DNA of 64,000 nt from Patescibacteria group bacterium. GTDB lineage: Bacteria > Patescibacteriota > Microgenomatia > UBA10105 > UBA927. The DNA is taken from assembly GCA_038062895.1 (NCBI GenBank), contig JBBTWJ010000003.1, positions 27,474 to 91,473 of the forward strand, in the 5' to 3' direction. A program made the position numbers and the translations under genes. Each line of letters begins with the position of its first letter. Positions within the stretch are counted from its first letter, which is position 1. This document shows, piece by piece, positions 50,344-59,321 of this stretch. The notes under the pieces were generated by a model. That model ran no database searches. It was given only the letters and a program-made list of their open reading frames with translations, and was not told the DNA's origin.

Positions 50344-51198
50344 TTATAAAACCAACCGTACTCCTTCCGAGAAGGGCATCAGGGATACCCCCATGGATTC
50401 TATTTTAGTATTTTTCAATACCGCTTGAAGCGGTCGAGGAGCACGATTCTTATAATACATGGCCCACGTCGTGGATGCAATCTTTGATTCATCTAAATGA
50501 TGTGTGTGTGCAATCAGAACTGCCGCATCATAAGGCGAAAGAGCTTGAGCCCCCACAGCGTGATAAATGCCTGAAGCGTTATTGCCCACTAAACACCGTA
50601 TTACCTGAGCGATATCATCGATAAGGGTTGGCGTAATACGCTGATCTGCCGGAGCAACAATCGACTCGCCTAACCGAAGCTTTTCAATAATACGATGTAC
50701 AAAATCCGGTCGGCCTATCTGCACGGCTCGATAAGGAAAAGCAATCCGCAGAATGAGCCCTGCATTCTGAAGCCCTGTCACAAGCTTCTCTCCCTCACAT
50801 TTTGTCACCGCATACCAACTCTGTGGGTTGGGTTGCGTTTCTTCAGTATATAAGCCTATGCGTCCATCAAAAACGAAATCCGTCGAGAGAAAAAGCACAT
50901 GCATATTGTTGACTCGAGCAGCTTCGACAATGTTACGAGTCCCCTCTACATTCACGCGCCACGCGTTGCTTTTCTCCCCAAGATGCCTCTCTTTTTCCGC
51001 AACATCCAAATCTGTCGTAGCGGCGAAATGAAATACCCACGTAGCTTTCGACGCAGCAAATTTACTCATTACGACATCCTTTTGGGTAATATCGACACCG
51101 GTTTCGAGACTTAAATTTTCAAACTGAAACTCCGGTTGCAGGAGTTGGACTACTCGAGAACCGACAAGTCCGGATAATCCTGTACCTATGATATTCAC
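50344..51198 (-). CDS. rmlD: dTDP-4-dehydrorhamnose reductase.
   Basis: STDFVFDG and YAVTK motifs. Start placed at GTG (MNIIGTGLSGLVGS) with GGGGG 7 nt upstream. The track's 5' extension to 51330 reads through the palindromic element. Confidence 0.7.
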   Translation of the reverse strand: MNIIGTGLSGLVGSRVVQLLQPEFQFENLSLETGVDITQKDVVMSKFAASKATWVFHFAATTDLDVAEKERHLGEKSNAWRVNVEGTRNIVEAARVNNMHVLFLSTDFVFDGRIGLYTEETQPNPQSWYAVTKCEGEKLVTGLQNAGLILRIAFPYRAVQIGRPDFVHRIIEKLRLGESIVAPADQRITPTLIDDIAQVIRCLVGNNASGIYHAVGAQALSPYDAAVLIAHTHHLDESKIASTTWAMYYKNRAPRPLQAVLKNTKIESMGVSLMPFSEGVRLVL

Positions 51199-51208
51199 GG
51201 CTGTCCCC

Positions 51209-51344
51209 CATACCAGGTAGTAGATGTTCGATATTTCTCTTCGAAAAATGTGCTTCTGGTCATATATATTACCTCGTGTACAAAAGTGCTCATTGCTAAG
51301 CCTGTGCGCCCGACACACACAATCGAACATTCACTACCTGGCAT
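51209..51344. repeat. Intergenic palindromic element copy 2 (136 bp), lying between rmlB and rmlD. The right arm encodes the last codons and stop of rmlB.
   Basis: CATACCAGGTAGTAGATGTTCGA ... TCGAACATTCACTACCTGGCAT. The rmlB stop TAG is at 51334-51336, inside the right arm. Confidence 0.75.
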
Positions 51345-52344
51345 ATTGCTTTTTATAATATTCTTGATACTCCCTTGATTTGACGCGTTTCCACCATGAT
51401 TCGTGCGCTTTGTACCATGCAATGGTCTTACTCAACGATGTATCAAAATCGCAACTCGGCTGCCATCCTAACTCCTTTTGAATCTTGCTCCAATTAATCG
51501 CATACCGCCGGTCATGTCCCGGCCGGTCTTTGACAAACTCAATCGAACTGGCGCTTTCGCCCATAAGGCCAAGAATCTTTTTGACGACGGACAGGTTGTC
51601 AATATCACTAGTCTGTCCGCCAACACAATATGTTTCACCTACTTTTCCTCGCGTCAAGACAGCGTCGATTGCACGGCAATGATCTTCTACATACAGCCAA
51701 TCCCGTATATGATGTCCATCACCATATACCGGCACTTTTTTTCCTTCCAGGATATTGGTAATCGCAAGCGGAATAAGCTTTTCCGGAAAGTGGTACGGAC
51801 CAAAATTATTTGAACAGTTGGTAATTGTAACCGGAAGACCATACGTTTCATAATATACACGTACAAGATGATCAGAACTTGCCTTACTGGCGGAATATGG
51901 ACTTCTGGGGTTATATGGTGTTCGTTCATCAAACTTACTCAAAGTCCCAAGTTTAAGCGATCCGAATACTTCATCTGTTGATATATGATGAAACCGGGAG
52001 ATCTTGGCTTTCGTCGCCGCCTCAAGCAGAATATAGGTTCCGAGAATATTCGTCGTGATAAACGGCGCGGGTTCAAGTATTGATCTATCAACATGGCTCT
52101 CGGCCGCAAAATGCACTACTACATCAACTCCCTCAAGCGCTTTTTTGACCACATCAGGATCACAAATATCGCCATGAATGAATGTATATTTTGGATTACC
52201 CTCTACGTCTTCAAGATTTTCTAAATTTCCGGCGTATGTAAGCTTATCCAAATTTACAACACTATCTGCCGAATGCTCATGCATCCAATAGAGGATAAAG
52301 TTAGACCCGATGAATCCGGCTCCCCCGGTAACCAATAGTTTCAT
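51334..52344 (-). CDS. rmlB: dTDP-glucose 4,6-dehydratase.
   Basis: [27 protein letters not shown] and strong family-wide similarity. Confidence 0.85.
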   Translation of the reverse strand: MKLLVTGGAGFIGSNFILYWMHEHSADSVVNLDKLTYAGNLENLEDVEGNPKYTFIHGDICDPDVVKKALEGVDVVVHFAAESHVDRSILEPAPFITTNILGTYILLEAATKAKISRFHHISTDEVFGSLKLGTLSKFDERTPYNPRSPYSASKASSDHLVRVYYETYGLPVTITNCSNNFGPYHFPEKLIPLAITNILEGKKVPVYGDGHHIRDWLYVEDHCRAIDAVLTRGKVGETYCVGGQTSDIDNLSVVKKILGLMGESASSIEFVKDRPGHDRRYAINWSKIQKELGWQPSCDFDTSLSKTIAWYKAHESWWKRVKSREYQEYYKKQYAR

Positions 52345-52814
52345 GTTATATTCTTATTTGTAATCTCCATCCCCTGCACCCAGTCGTAACCAATTTCGCG
52401 ATCATCATAGGGAATACGACCTTCCTCATCTTTGTGGTAAGTACCACTGGTTACGTAAACTAATTCTGCCGGTCCTTTCATCACTTTTAACCCATGCGCG
52501 ACACCTGCGGGGATTTTAAGAATGATATCCTGATTTTCCGCGCCCAGCAGAAACTCATTCAGTTCTTTGTATGTACGACTTTCTTTCCTCACGTCATACA
52601 GAGCCGCCTTTATGGTCCCTTTTACGACATACCACCAATCAATCTGTGTTTTATGGACATGCCAGGCTTTCACCACCCCGGCAATCATGGAAGAACGTGA
52701 AAGCTGCCCAAATCCTTCTGCAAATATGGGGTCGGTGACACGGATGAGCTCTTCAAAAAAACCACGTTCGTCTGGATGCCGTGTAAGCTCCTTGATTTGT
52801 ACTCCATCAATCAT
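52341..52814 (-). CDS. rmlC: dTDP-4-dehydrorhamnose 3,5-epimerase (cupin).
   Basis: HPDERGFF...WHVHK...GVAHGL motifs. ATGA overlap with rmlB. Confidence 0.8.
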   Translation of the reverse strand: MIDGVQIKELTRHPDERGFFEELIRVTDPIFAEGFGQLSRSSMIAGVVKAWHVHKTQIDWWYVVKGTIKAALYDVRKESRTYKELNEFLLGAENQDIILKIPAGVAHGLKVMKGPAELVYVTSGTYHKDEEGRIPYDDREIGYDWVQGMEITNKNIT

Positions 52815-53548
52815 AACTTCCCCTCTTTTACCAGACGCGCAACTTGTTGATTAGCAAACAGAAGCTCGTCGTAGGATGTTCCGGCGTCTATCCACCAGTC
52901 AATAATCTCACAGAGGAGTTCTTGAGCTTTGAGATAATAATTGTTAAGGTCTGTGACCTCAAGTTCTCCCCGTCCGGAAGGCATCAAATGCTTAATATAC
53001 TCAAATACGTGGGCGTCATACATATAAATTCCTGTTTGAGCTATGTCAGACTTGGGATGCTCCGGCTTCTCTTCGATAGATAAGACTTTTCCGCCTTTAT
53101 CTACTTGAATAACCCCATATTGCTTAGACTGGGTGTCTTTGTGCACCCCAAATACCATTGCACCCTTGCCAGCTGCTTCAAACTTCTTCCGAGCTGCAAG
53201 CAGATTAAAATTAAATATATTATCACCCAAAAGAACCAAAATGGGCTCATTGCCCGCAAACTCCTCTGCCAGTGCCACGGCGTCTGCAATGCCGCCTTTT
53301 GGATTCTGCTGGATAGCATAGTAGAGTTTGAGATCAAAATCTTCTCCCGCTTTCAAAAGATTAGCAAAGTGCCCTGCATGATCACCAGATGTCGTCAATA
53401 ACACTTCCTTAATGCCCGCTTTCTGCATAGCCTCAAGCGGATAATAAATCATGGGCTTGTTGTAAATAGGCAACAAGTGTTTATTTGTAACGAGTGTAAG
53501 GGGACGAAGTCTGGTAGCAAGCCCTCCGGCTAAAATGACACCTTTCAT
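52811..53548 (-). CDS. rmlA: Glucose-1-phosphate thymidylyltransferase, short form (245 aa).
   Basis: MKGVILAGGLATRLRPLT nucleotidyltransferase motif. ATGA overlap with rmlC. Confidence 0.75.
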   Translation of the reverse strand: MKGVILAGGLATRLRPLTLVTNKHLLPIYNKPMIYYPLEAMQKAGIKEVLLTTSGDHAGHFANLLKAGEDFDLKLYYAIQQNPKGGIADAVALAEEFAGNEPILVLLGDNIFNFNLLAARKKFEAAGKGAMVFGVHKDTQSKQYGVIQVDKGGKVLSIEEKPEHPKSDIAQTGIYMYDAHVFEYIKHLMPSGRGELEVTDLNNYYLKAQELLCEIIDWWIDAGTSYDELLFANQQVARLVKEGKL

Positions 53549-53560
53549 ATTGGACCTCCT

Positions 53561-53809
53561 CTAATATCCTAAAACAATAAAAAGTAACGTAATGGCTATA
53601 CCGCCAATCATCACGTATTCTATCACAACTTTCCGATGGAGATCCCCCTGCATGGCGTGATGAATCATGCCCCACGCCACATACGCTATGCTCGTCACGA
53701 CACCAATCAGGAGTTGCAAGACGGTATTCCCCCGAGTCGCAATAAACATTCCAACGCCACTCGTAAGGATCAAAATAAGAACAATAAAATGAAAAATGTG
53801 CACGTTCAT
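53561..53809 (-). CDS. Small membrane protein (2-3 TM), unknown function.
   Basis: 82-aa hydrophobic ORF tightly packed between rmlA and the CAP-domain gene. Confidence 0.35.
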   Translation of the reverse strand: MNVHIFHFIVLILILTSGVGMFIATRGNTVLQLLIGVVTSIAYVAWGMIHHAMQGDLHRKVVIEYVMIGGIAITLLFIVLGY

Positions 53810-53815
53810 ATACTC

Positions 53816-54724
53816 CTAAAGAATTGCGCCTCTCGTCGCTATCTGTAAAAGGAAAAGCATCACGGCAAAAAACGCCATATGACCCACACTATGACCGGAA
53901 ACCCTGACAATCCTTCTTCTATATACATACCAACCATCCAACGCCACAACGAGAAGGATGAATCCCATAAATCCTGTCGTAACATATTTGGACAATCCCG
54001 ATATATCAACAACAGGCCGCACAAACACATCGGTCAATCCAAATATACTTTTTCGGGCGGCAACAGCAGCAAGTGACTGTTCTTCTTTCGGTGATACGGA
54101 CCCTGTTGTTGTAGCGGCGGACGGAGTAAGAATTGTAGGCTTAATCTGGTAGGCGATCTGACTGTCACCGGCGCCAAACATCTGAACAACAAGTGTTGTT
54201 TCTTCTCCGCCTATATGACCGTTCACCACAGCAAAACCTATATCTTTGTAATCCGCACGCATGATGTTCTCCTTATGCGTGGGAGAAGCCATCCATGCAT
54301 CCACAACTCCATTACTCATTGAAAAATTCTTCGCAAGATTTTCTCCTGCCACGCGATAATGATATCCTGCAATGGAAATAAAGGACCACGGAGTCTTCCC
54401 ATTGGGATTATTGTGAGCCCAATAATCGTCAGTGAACATATCTTGAGCTTTCAGTGCGGCGGCACGCGATAGCCGCTGATCAAGCGCCAATGGGGTAAGC
54501 CCTGCTTCTGCGCGTCTCGCATTAGTGCCTGCGAGCAACTGCTCAACCCGTATATCCGTGGCATACCCAAGCACATCAGGAAACTGCGCGTACCCAAGCG
54601 AAAGCAGGGACCGAAATAATACAAACGCCAAGAAATATACAAACATCGCATCGATATGAAGAACGCGCGCATGATGATTATTGGTCTGATGCGGAGTAAA
54701 TAAATGACGAAGAAAATCACCCAT
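53816..54724 (-). CDS. CAP/SCP/PR-1 domain protein (YkwD-like), membrane-anchored.
   Basis: YWAHNNPNGKTPW...AGENLAKNF...AWMASPTHKENI CAP-domain motifs. Start refined to the ATG inside the left arm of palindromic element 3 (track 54829). Confidence 0.6.
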   Translation of the reverse strand: MGDFLRHLFTPHQTNNHHARVLHIDAMFVYFLAFVLFRSLLSLGYAQFPDVLGYATDIRVEQLLAGTNARRAEAGLTPLALDQRLSRAAALKAQDMFTDDYWAHNNPNGKTPWSFISIAGYHYRVAGENLAKNFSMSNGVVDAWMASPTHKENIMRADYKDIGFAVVNGHIGGEETTLVVQMFGAGDSQIAYQIKPTILTPSAATTTGSVSPKEEQSLAAVAARKSIFGLTDVFVRPVVDISGLSKYVTTGFMGFILLVVALDGWYVYRRRIVRVSGHSVGHMAFFAVMLFLLQIATRGAIL

Positions 54725-54863
54725 ACCAGGTAGTAGAACTTCGCAGTTCCTCATCGGAACAACAAAATTATCCTCCCTTCGTTGATAAACATATTGTATA
54801 TAGCCAACGAGTGCTCTACTTTGATGCATTTACTGCATCAAGCGAAGTTTCACTACCTGGCAT
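54722..54863. repeat. Intergenic palindromic element copy 3 (142 bp), upstream of the CAP-domain gene.
   Basis: CATACCAGGTAGTAGAACTTCGC ... GCGAAGTTTCACTACCTGGCAT. Spacer hairpins: cttgatgca-gtaaa-tgcatcaag and gttcc-gatga-ggaac. Confidence 0.75.
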
Positions 54864-54909
54864 ACAGTACTATCATAGCAACCTCACAGTAAATTACCAA
54901 CGCCAGGAT

Positions 54910-55830
54910 TTACAATGGGTAGCGATCACCTTCGTACACAGGAGCAACCGTCTGTCCAACGGGTAAGCCATTGATGGGGACACCAAGAAGGACGCCAAGC
55001 ATATTGGCTATGGCGATCCCCACCCGAAGCCCTGTATAGGATCCGGGGCCAACAGAAACGGTAATTGCCGTAACATCGTCAAACGTTAACTCTTGCTCTT
55101 TAAAAAGCTCCTCAACCATCGGTAGAACTTCTTGTGCTTTCGCTTTTGATAACGGTTTTTCTAATGCGTGTTGCCCACGATCGCTCGTTTTTACAGCAAC
55201 TCGAATCACCTCTGATCCGGAAGAATCAATAATGAGGACAACCCCGTGAAGAACGATGGAGCCCTGACGTATTATCTGATAGGGACGAACGCTACAATCA
55301 ACCACCGTAGAAGCACCCTTCACGGAGCATTCACCTGGTACAACGTAATCCACGAGTCTGACGAGCTCCGGATCAAGATCATCAAACCGGTAGGGAGTCG
55401 GATTGCCGTGAAAGTTGGCTGAAGGCCCGAGAATTGGCACGCCCACACCCCGGATAAGCGCCAACGCGGCCTCGTGATGAGGCATCCGTAAACCAATATT
55501 TATTCCATCGCCACGGATAGGGGAGTATACCAGCTCTTTTTTGCATGGCGCGATAATAGTAAGTGCACCCGGCCAGTATTTTTTTATGAGATGTCGTACA
55601 ATTTGCGGAGGATCAAGATAGTAGGAGAGTGCTTGCTTCTCTGAAGACACGAGCACGGGTGTCGCCTGTGTCAATGGGCGTCTGCGTAATGCAAACAATC
55701 TGTCAACAGCTTTCATATCATCCATCCGGCACCCTATACCGAATGCCGTATCCGTCGGAAAAATAACGATGCCCCCATTACTTAGTATATGTATCGCTTT
55801 ATTAATCAGTTCTTTATTTTGTGTTTCCAT
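54910..55830 (-). CDS. Fusion of TsaC/YrdC (L-threonylcarbamoyladenylate synthase) with an N-terminal TsaB/YeaZ-like domain at its C-terminus.
   Basis: N-terminal half: GGIVIFPTDTAFGIGC...GPSANFHG (YrdC fold). C-terminal half: LIIDSSGSE...ITVSVGPGSYTGLRVGIAIANMLG (TsaB/Kae1-type motif). Start ATG METQNK (the track uses an upstream TTG). Confidence 0.65.
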   Translation of the reverse strand: METQNKELINKAIHILSNGGIVIFPTDTAFGIGCRMDDMKAVDRLFALRRRPLTQATPVLVSSEKQALSYYLDPPQIVRHLIKKYWPGALTIIAPCKKELVYSPIRGDGINIGLRMPHHEAALALIRGVGVPILGPSANFHGNPTPYRFDDLDPELVRLVDYVVPGECSVKGASTVVDCSVRPYQIIRQGSIVLHGVVLIIDSSGSEVIRVAVKTSDRGQHALEKPLSKAKAQEVLPMVEELFKEQELTFDDVTAITVSVGPGSYTGLRVGIAIANMLGVLLGVPINGLPVGQTVAPVYEGDRYPL

Positions 55831-55860
55831 AGTGCTTCTCAATAATTTCTAAATTCTAAT

Positions 55861-56367
55861 TTAGGTCAATTTTACAATCGCTATTCGATGCGTATCGTCC
55901 GATAAAATGGAGAACCGGATCTCTATTCGGCGTTTCGGGAGCAAACTACCGAGTTTTTCTGCCCATTCAATAAGGACAATTGAATCAGGATCAGCTAAAA
56001 TTTCCGGTAAGCCTAACTCCACGAGTTCTTTTTCGCCCATTACACGATAAAGATCCATGTGATAAAAAAAACCGACGCTATGAGGCATTGAATAACGTCG
56101 TACAATAAAAAAGGTCGGGGAGGGCAGGCGAGAGGTTATTCCACAGGTTTTTGCCAATCCCTGAACAAACGTCGTCTTCCCGCTCCCTAAATCTCCATAG
56201 AGACATACAGTTGTGGCTCCAGACCATCCACTCCCCTTTTTCCGTCTTGTCCCGAGTCTTTCCGAGGGATTACCTTTATCCTTTTTCCTTAATACATTCC
56301 CAAGTTCTTGGCCAAGATTCGCAGTTTCTTGGGGGCTCGTGGTACTACGTGACCTAAAAATATCCAT
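55861..56367 (-). CDS. tsaE: tRNA t6A biosynthesis ATPase TsaE (YjeE) with a K/R/G-rich insertion.
   Basis: LYGDLGSGKTTFVQGLAKTCG Walker A, SPTFFIV and HMDLYR motifs. Confidence 0.75.
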   Translation of the reverse strand: MDIFRSRSTTSPQETANLGQELGNVLRKKDKGNPSERLGTRRKKGSGWSGATTVCLYGDLGSGKTTFVQGLAKTCGITSRLPSPTFFIVRRYSMPHSVGFFYHMDLYRVMGEKELVELGLPEILADPDSIVLIEWAEKLGSLLPKRRIEIRFSILSDDTHRIAIVKLT

Positions 56368-56702
56368 ACTCCTCCTGCTCCAATGGCGTCAATTATAACA
56401 TCACGGAACTTTCCCTCTCTGGTTGGGACATAAAGTTGATGAATTTCATCAGTCCCCGCATAAAGAATCGTCAATACAAACGCCATCACGAATACGGTGA
56501 CGCTCGTACCGAAACGAAATGAGGACCGAAGCGCACGGACATATAAGAAAAATAAGATACTGTATTCAATAACGTGAAGCGTTTTGAAAAAAAGAAAGTT
56601 GATGAGTGGTTCCTGGGCAACTTGGACACTTGACCTGCTGGATAAGAAAAAAATAACCGCCATCCAGACGATTGCAGGAAACCAATACCGGATAAACTTC
56701 AT
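56289..56702 (-). CDS. VanZ-like family membrane protein.
   Basis: GTDEIHQLYVPTREGKFRDVIIDAIGAGGVW matches the VanZ signature. Overlaps tsaE by 79 nt. Confidence 0.6.
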   Translation of the reverse strand: MKFIRYWFPAIVWMAVIFFLSSRSSVQVAQEPLINFLFFKTLHVIEYSILFFLYVRALRSSFRFGTSVTVFVMAFVLTILYAGTDEIHQLYVPTREGKFRDVIIDAIGAGGVWIFLGHVVPRAPKKLRILAKNLGMY

Positions 56703-57604
56703 TCGATTAGTATACCAGATCGCTTCTCTTCTTCGTCCTTCATAACCTTCTCACGGGCGATCTTCCAGGTATAAAAACCAGCAAGAATGGCAAGACCGGT
56801 AGCCACAAGTAACAGAGAGATGACAAGCGGCTTCCACGAGTTATTCTGCGTGTACGCGCTAGGCGATGAGTCTTCAATGGTGTCACTTATCCCCAACACT
56901 ATCGGTGTCATCTCCGGCGTTTCAACGGGTATTTCTGTAGGCATCGGAGAAGGTTGTTTCGTGGGCGGCACGTCAAACGTGCCAGCCGCGTTTGACGGCG
57001 GCGTCGGCGAGGGAGTAGTGGGTTTGGGTGTCGATGTAGGAGTCGGTGTCTTGGTTGGGGTAGGCGTAGAAGTTGAGGCTACTGTTGGCTGCGGAGTAGC
57101 AGTGGGAATAAGAGTGGGTGTGGGAGTGAAAGTGGGAGTTGGATCCGGTTCATTCAACGAAACAGTTACCGTATTGTTCGTCCAATTAACAGACGAGGGA
57201 TTTCCCCCTGACGTCGTATAGTAAAACCCTACTTTTACCTTATATTCGCCTTCCCCTTTATACCCACTGTCTGCAAAATCACTCTTCACCGACAGGTTAC
57301 CATCCCAAATATCAACTATTGTTGATCGTTGATTTGTTGAAGTATCTCCATTTTTTATCCAAGAATCACCGCTCTTCGTGTATCCAAAATAATTTGTTGA
57401 ACCTTCCTGATAAAAAGCTCCTTTTATATAAATCGTTTCCCCTGGAGTAAAACCCGACACTGATGCGGTGATGGTCATTTCTTCATCACCAAATAGGGAA
57501 GCTTTGTCAGATGTAATCATTATCGATCTGGCGGCCAACACGTGAGACGGAAATACAATGAAGAAACAGCTACTGATAAAAGCTCCAATAAAAAAGAGTC
57601 TCAT
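56699..57604 (-). CDS. Secreted cell-surface protein with a signal peptide, a Pro/Thr-rich linker and a C-terminal TM anchor.
   Basis: N-terminal FFIVFPSHVLAA signal peptide, a ~60-aa PTPTPT/TPKPT tract, and a C-terminal LVISLLLVATGLAILAGFY helix followed by KIAREK. Confidence 0.6.
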   Translation of the reverse strand: MRLFFIGAFISSCFFIVFPSHVLAARSIMITSDKASLFGDEEMTITASVSGFTPGETIYIKGAFYQEGSTNYFGYTKSGDSWIKNGDTSTNQRSTIVDIWDGNLSVKSDFADSGYKGEGEYKVKVGFYYTTSGGNPSSVNWTNNTVTVSLNEPDPTPTFTPTPTLIPTATPQPTVASTSTPTPTKTPTPTSTPKPTTPSPTPPSNAAGTFDVPPTKQPSPMPTEIPVETPEMTPIVLGISDTIEDSSPSAYTQNNSWKPLVISLLLVATGLAILAGFYTWKIAREKVMKDEEEKRSGILIE

Positions 57605-57948
57605 TTCACATCCCCCTCTCTTGTATGTCGCTCTTTTTTATACGCATACACAAACCGTGACGCATCACTCCCGCCACCTGACCATCCATCTGTTTGATAG
57701 TTCGTAATAAAGTACCGCACTACCCTACGCGCCGCATCTGCGGTAAAGCATTCCCTGTATATCCAATAATCAACATCCTTATTTACTCCATGCCCCTCAA
57801 AGACCCGCGCTTGCGCGTCTATTGCTATGCCCACGTACCACTCTGCCTGTGGCGTATTGGTCATGAGGATATATTCAACTATGTCGTGTATGACCGTGCT
57901 TTCTTGTTGTGGCATAGCCCAAGTGTAGATTGGTGATAGGTGACTCAA
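57601..57948 (-). CDS. Small GIY-YIG nuclease-superfamily protein.
   Basis: YILMTNTPQAEWYVGIAIDAQARVFEGH aligns to the GIY...YIG...R...H core (cf. IYQIKNT....VYVGSAKDFEKRWKRH of I-TevI). Likely start at the internal MPQQ. Confidence 0.45.
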   Translation of the reverse strand: MSHLSPIYTWAMPQQESTVIHDIVEYILMTNTPQAEWYVGIAIDAQARVFEGHGVNKDVDYWIYRECFTADAARRVVRYFITNYQTDGWSGGGSDASRFVYAYKKERHTREGDVK

Positions 57949-57975
57949 CTGCGACTCACACGAGAGTCGGGAAAT

Positions 57976-59307
57976 TTAGGAGAGTTTTGAAGCGAGTGTG
58001 GGGTTTATACAATACTTTTTATCTGTGTGAGAGATGAGCTTCATACCAATCAGCTTTTTTACTTTGATATTTACAGCCTCGACCGCATCATACACAAGTC
58101 GCTTTACGTTTTTCTGCTCGTCGAGTTCTCCCATGGCATCAGACAGATCGAGCGTATCGAATTGTTTCTTGGGATTTATAAAGAGTAATTTGCATATATC
58201 GTGTTGATACGAATCCGGAGGAATATCGATACCATGAATGCCGTTGATAATGATTTTATTTTCTGGTGGATGAAATGCAATTCGATCAACGACAACACAC
58301 TGAGGATAGGTAAGCATTGCCAATCGTTCTTCAATAATTGCCCCGATATCATGACGATAAATAAAAATCGCAAACACAGCAAAGACAAAAACAGAAAGCA
58401 ACCCTGCTATCAATGACAGCAACAACTGATTACCAAGTATCTGGTTGAGCTCATTAAGTCCTTTTCCTACAGCAACGAGGCCGATCATTTCGCCACTGGC
58501 AAGAATAGGTTGAACAAGAAGCATGTACTTCTTTTGCGTGCCGGTATCGGATATAACCGTAAAATCTTTATGAGTAAGAACTTCTTGGAGATAACTCTTA
58601 TCGATATATGCAGGCGGACCCCCAATGCTTTTATGACTTCGATTGAATGGGTCAATGACCTCAAATGAGATATTATGATCAACGTCTGTATCAAGTATAT
58701 GTGTCGCATCAAGTACTTCGTTCGTAACCGTAATCTTGCTGTCTACCATTTGGGCGTTTGCCAGAAGCACTGCATCAATATCCTTCTCCAATCGGCCAGC
58801 CGGCTCAAAGTACCCCAGGAGGATCACGCCTTTTTCCTGGCCGTCCCGTTCAATGCGATAGGAAAATACGCGCCACTTTTCACCAATGGGAGAGGTGATT
58901 GTTTTGGGTAAAGTAAAAGAAGAGGCATACGTAAAATTGGAAGTATCCAAAAGACCGACAATGACGTTTCTGCGGTCAATTAGGAATCCATCAAGCGAGA
59001 AGATATATAGCGGGGTCTCTGAAGGAGTAGTCGTGTCAGACAAATACTTATTGGTATTCCAGGTACCCTTACTGTACTCAAAATCCTGTGAAACGGCTGA
59101 GGCAGTGTTTTTCAAATACTGCTTGAGATCATGAAGCGAGAGAGACCGGATGATGGAGTAGCTGGCGATCAGATACAAAACAAACGCAATAAGAAAGACT
59201 GCGGACAATCGGAGTACGAGAATTACTTCTGTTTTATCTGTATGAAGCGTTTTAATAAAACCAAAGACGTCTAATGTTGCCATGCGCGAGCGAGTTGTTC
59301 GTATCAC
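57976..59307 (-). CDS. Membrane protein with two TM helices flanking an extracytoplasmic domain and a cytoplasmic C-terminal domain (sensor-like, no kinase domain).
   Basis: Hydropathy pattern only; no catalytic motifs. Confidence 0.35.
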   Translation of the reverse strand: MIRTTRSRMATLDVFGFIKTLHTDKTEVILVLRLSAVFLIAFVLYLIASYSIIRSLSLHDLKQYLKNTASAVSQDFEYSKGTWNTNKYLSDTTTPSETPLYIFSLDGFLIDRRNVIVGLLDTSNFTYASSFTLPKTITSPIGEKWRVFSYRIERDGQEKGVILLGYFEPAGRLEKDIDAVLLANAQMVDSKITVTNEVLDATHILDTDVDHNISFEVIDPFNRSHKSIGGPPAYIDKSYLQEVLTHKDFTVISDTGTQKKYMLLVQPILASGEMIGLVAVGKGLNELNQILGNQLLLSLIAGLLSVFVFAVFAIFIYRHDIGAIIEERLAMLTYPQCVVVDRIAFHPPENKIIINGIHGIDIPPDSYQHDICKLLFINPKKQFDTLDLSDAMGELDEQKNVKRLVYDAVEAVNIKVKKLIGMKLISHTDKKYCINPTLASKLS

Positions 59308-59321
59308 AAACCGATCCTATA

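Noticed and set aside
51195-51422. 75-aa minus-strand ORF spanning palindromic element copy 2 (begins MPGSE at the right arm).
   Set aside because: The equivalent reading frame in the other three element copies terminates after 3-15 codons, so there is no conserved peptide. The ORF is read-through of a non-coding element.
50177-55842. N-terminal extensions proposed by the ORF track (ugd to 50210, rmlD to 51330, CAP gene to 54829, tsaC-tsaB to 55842, ftsE to 62115, and others), often using TTG.
   Set aside because: Conserved family N-termini, SD-like sequences and ATGA coupling indicate downstream ATG/GTG starts. The extensions read through palindromic-element arms or overlap upstream genes.
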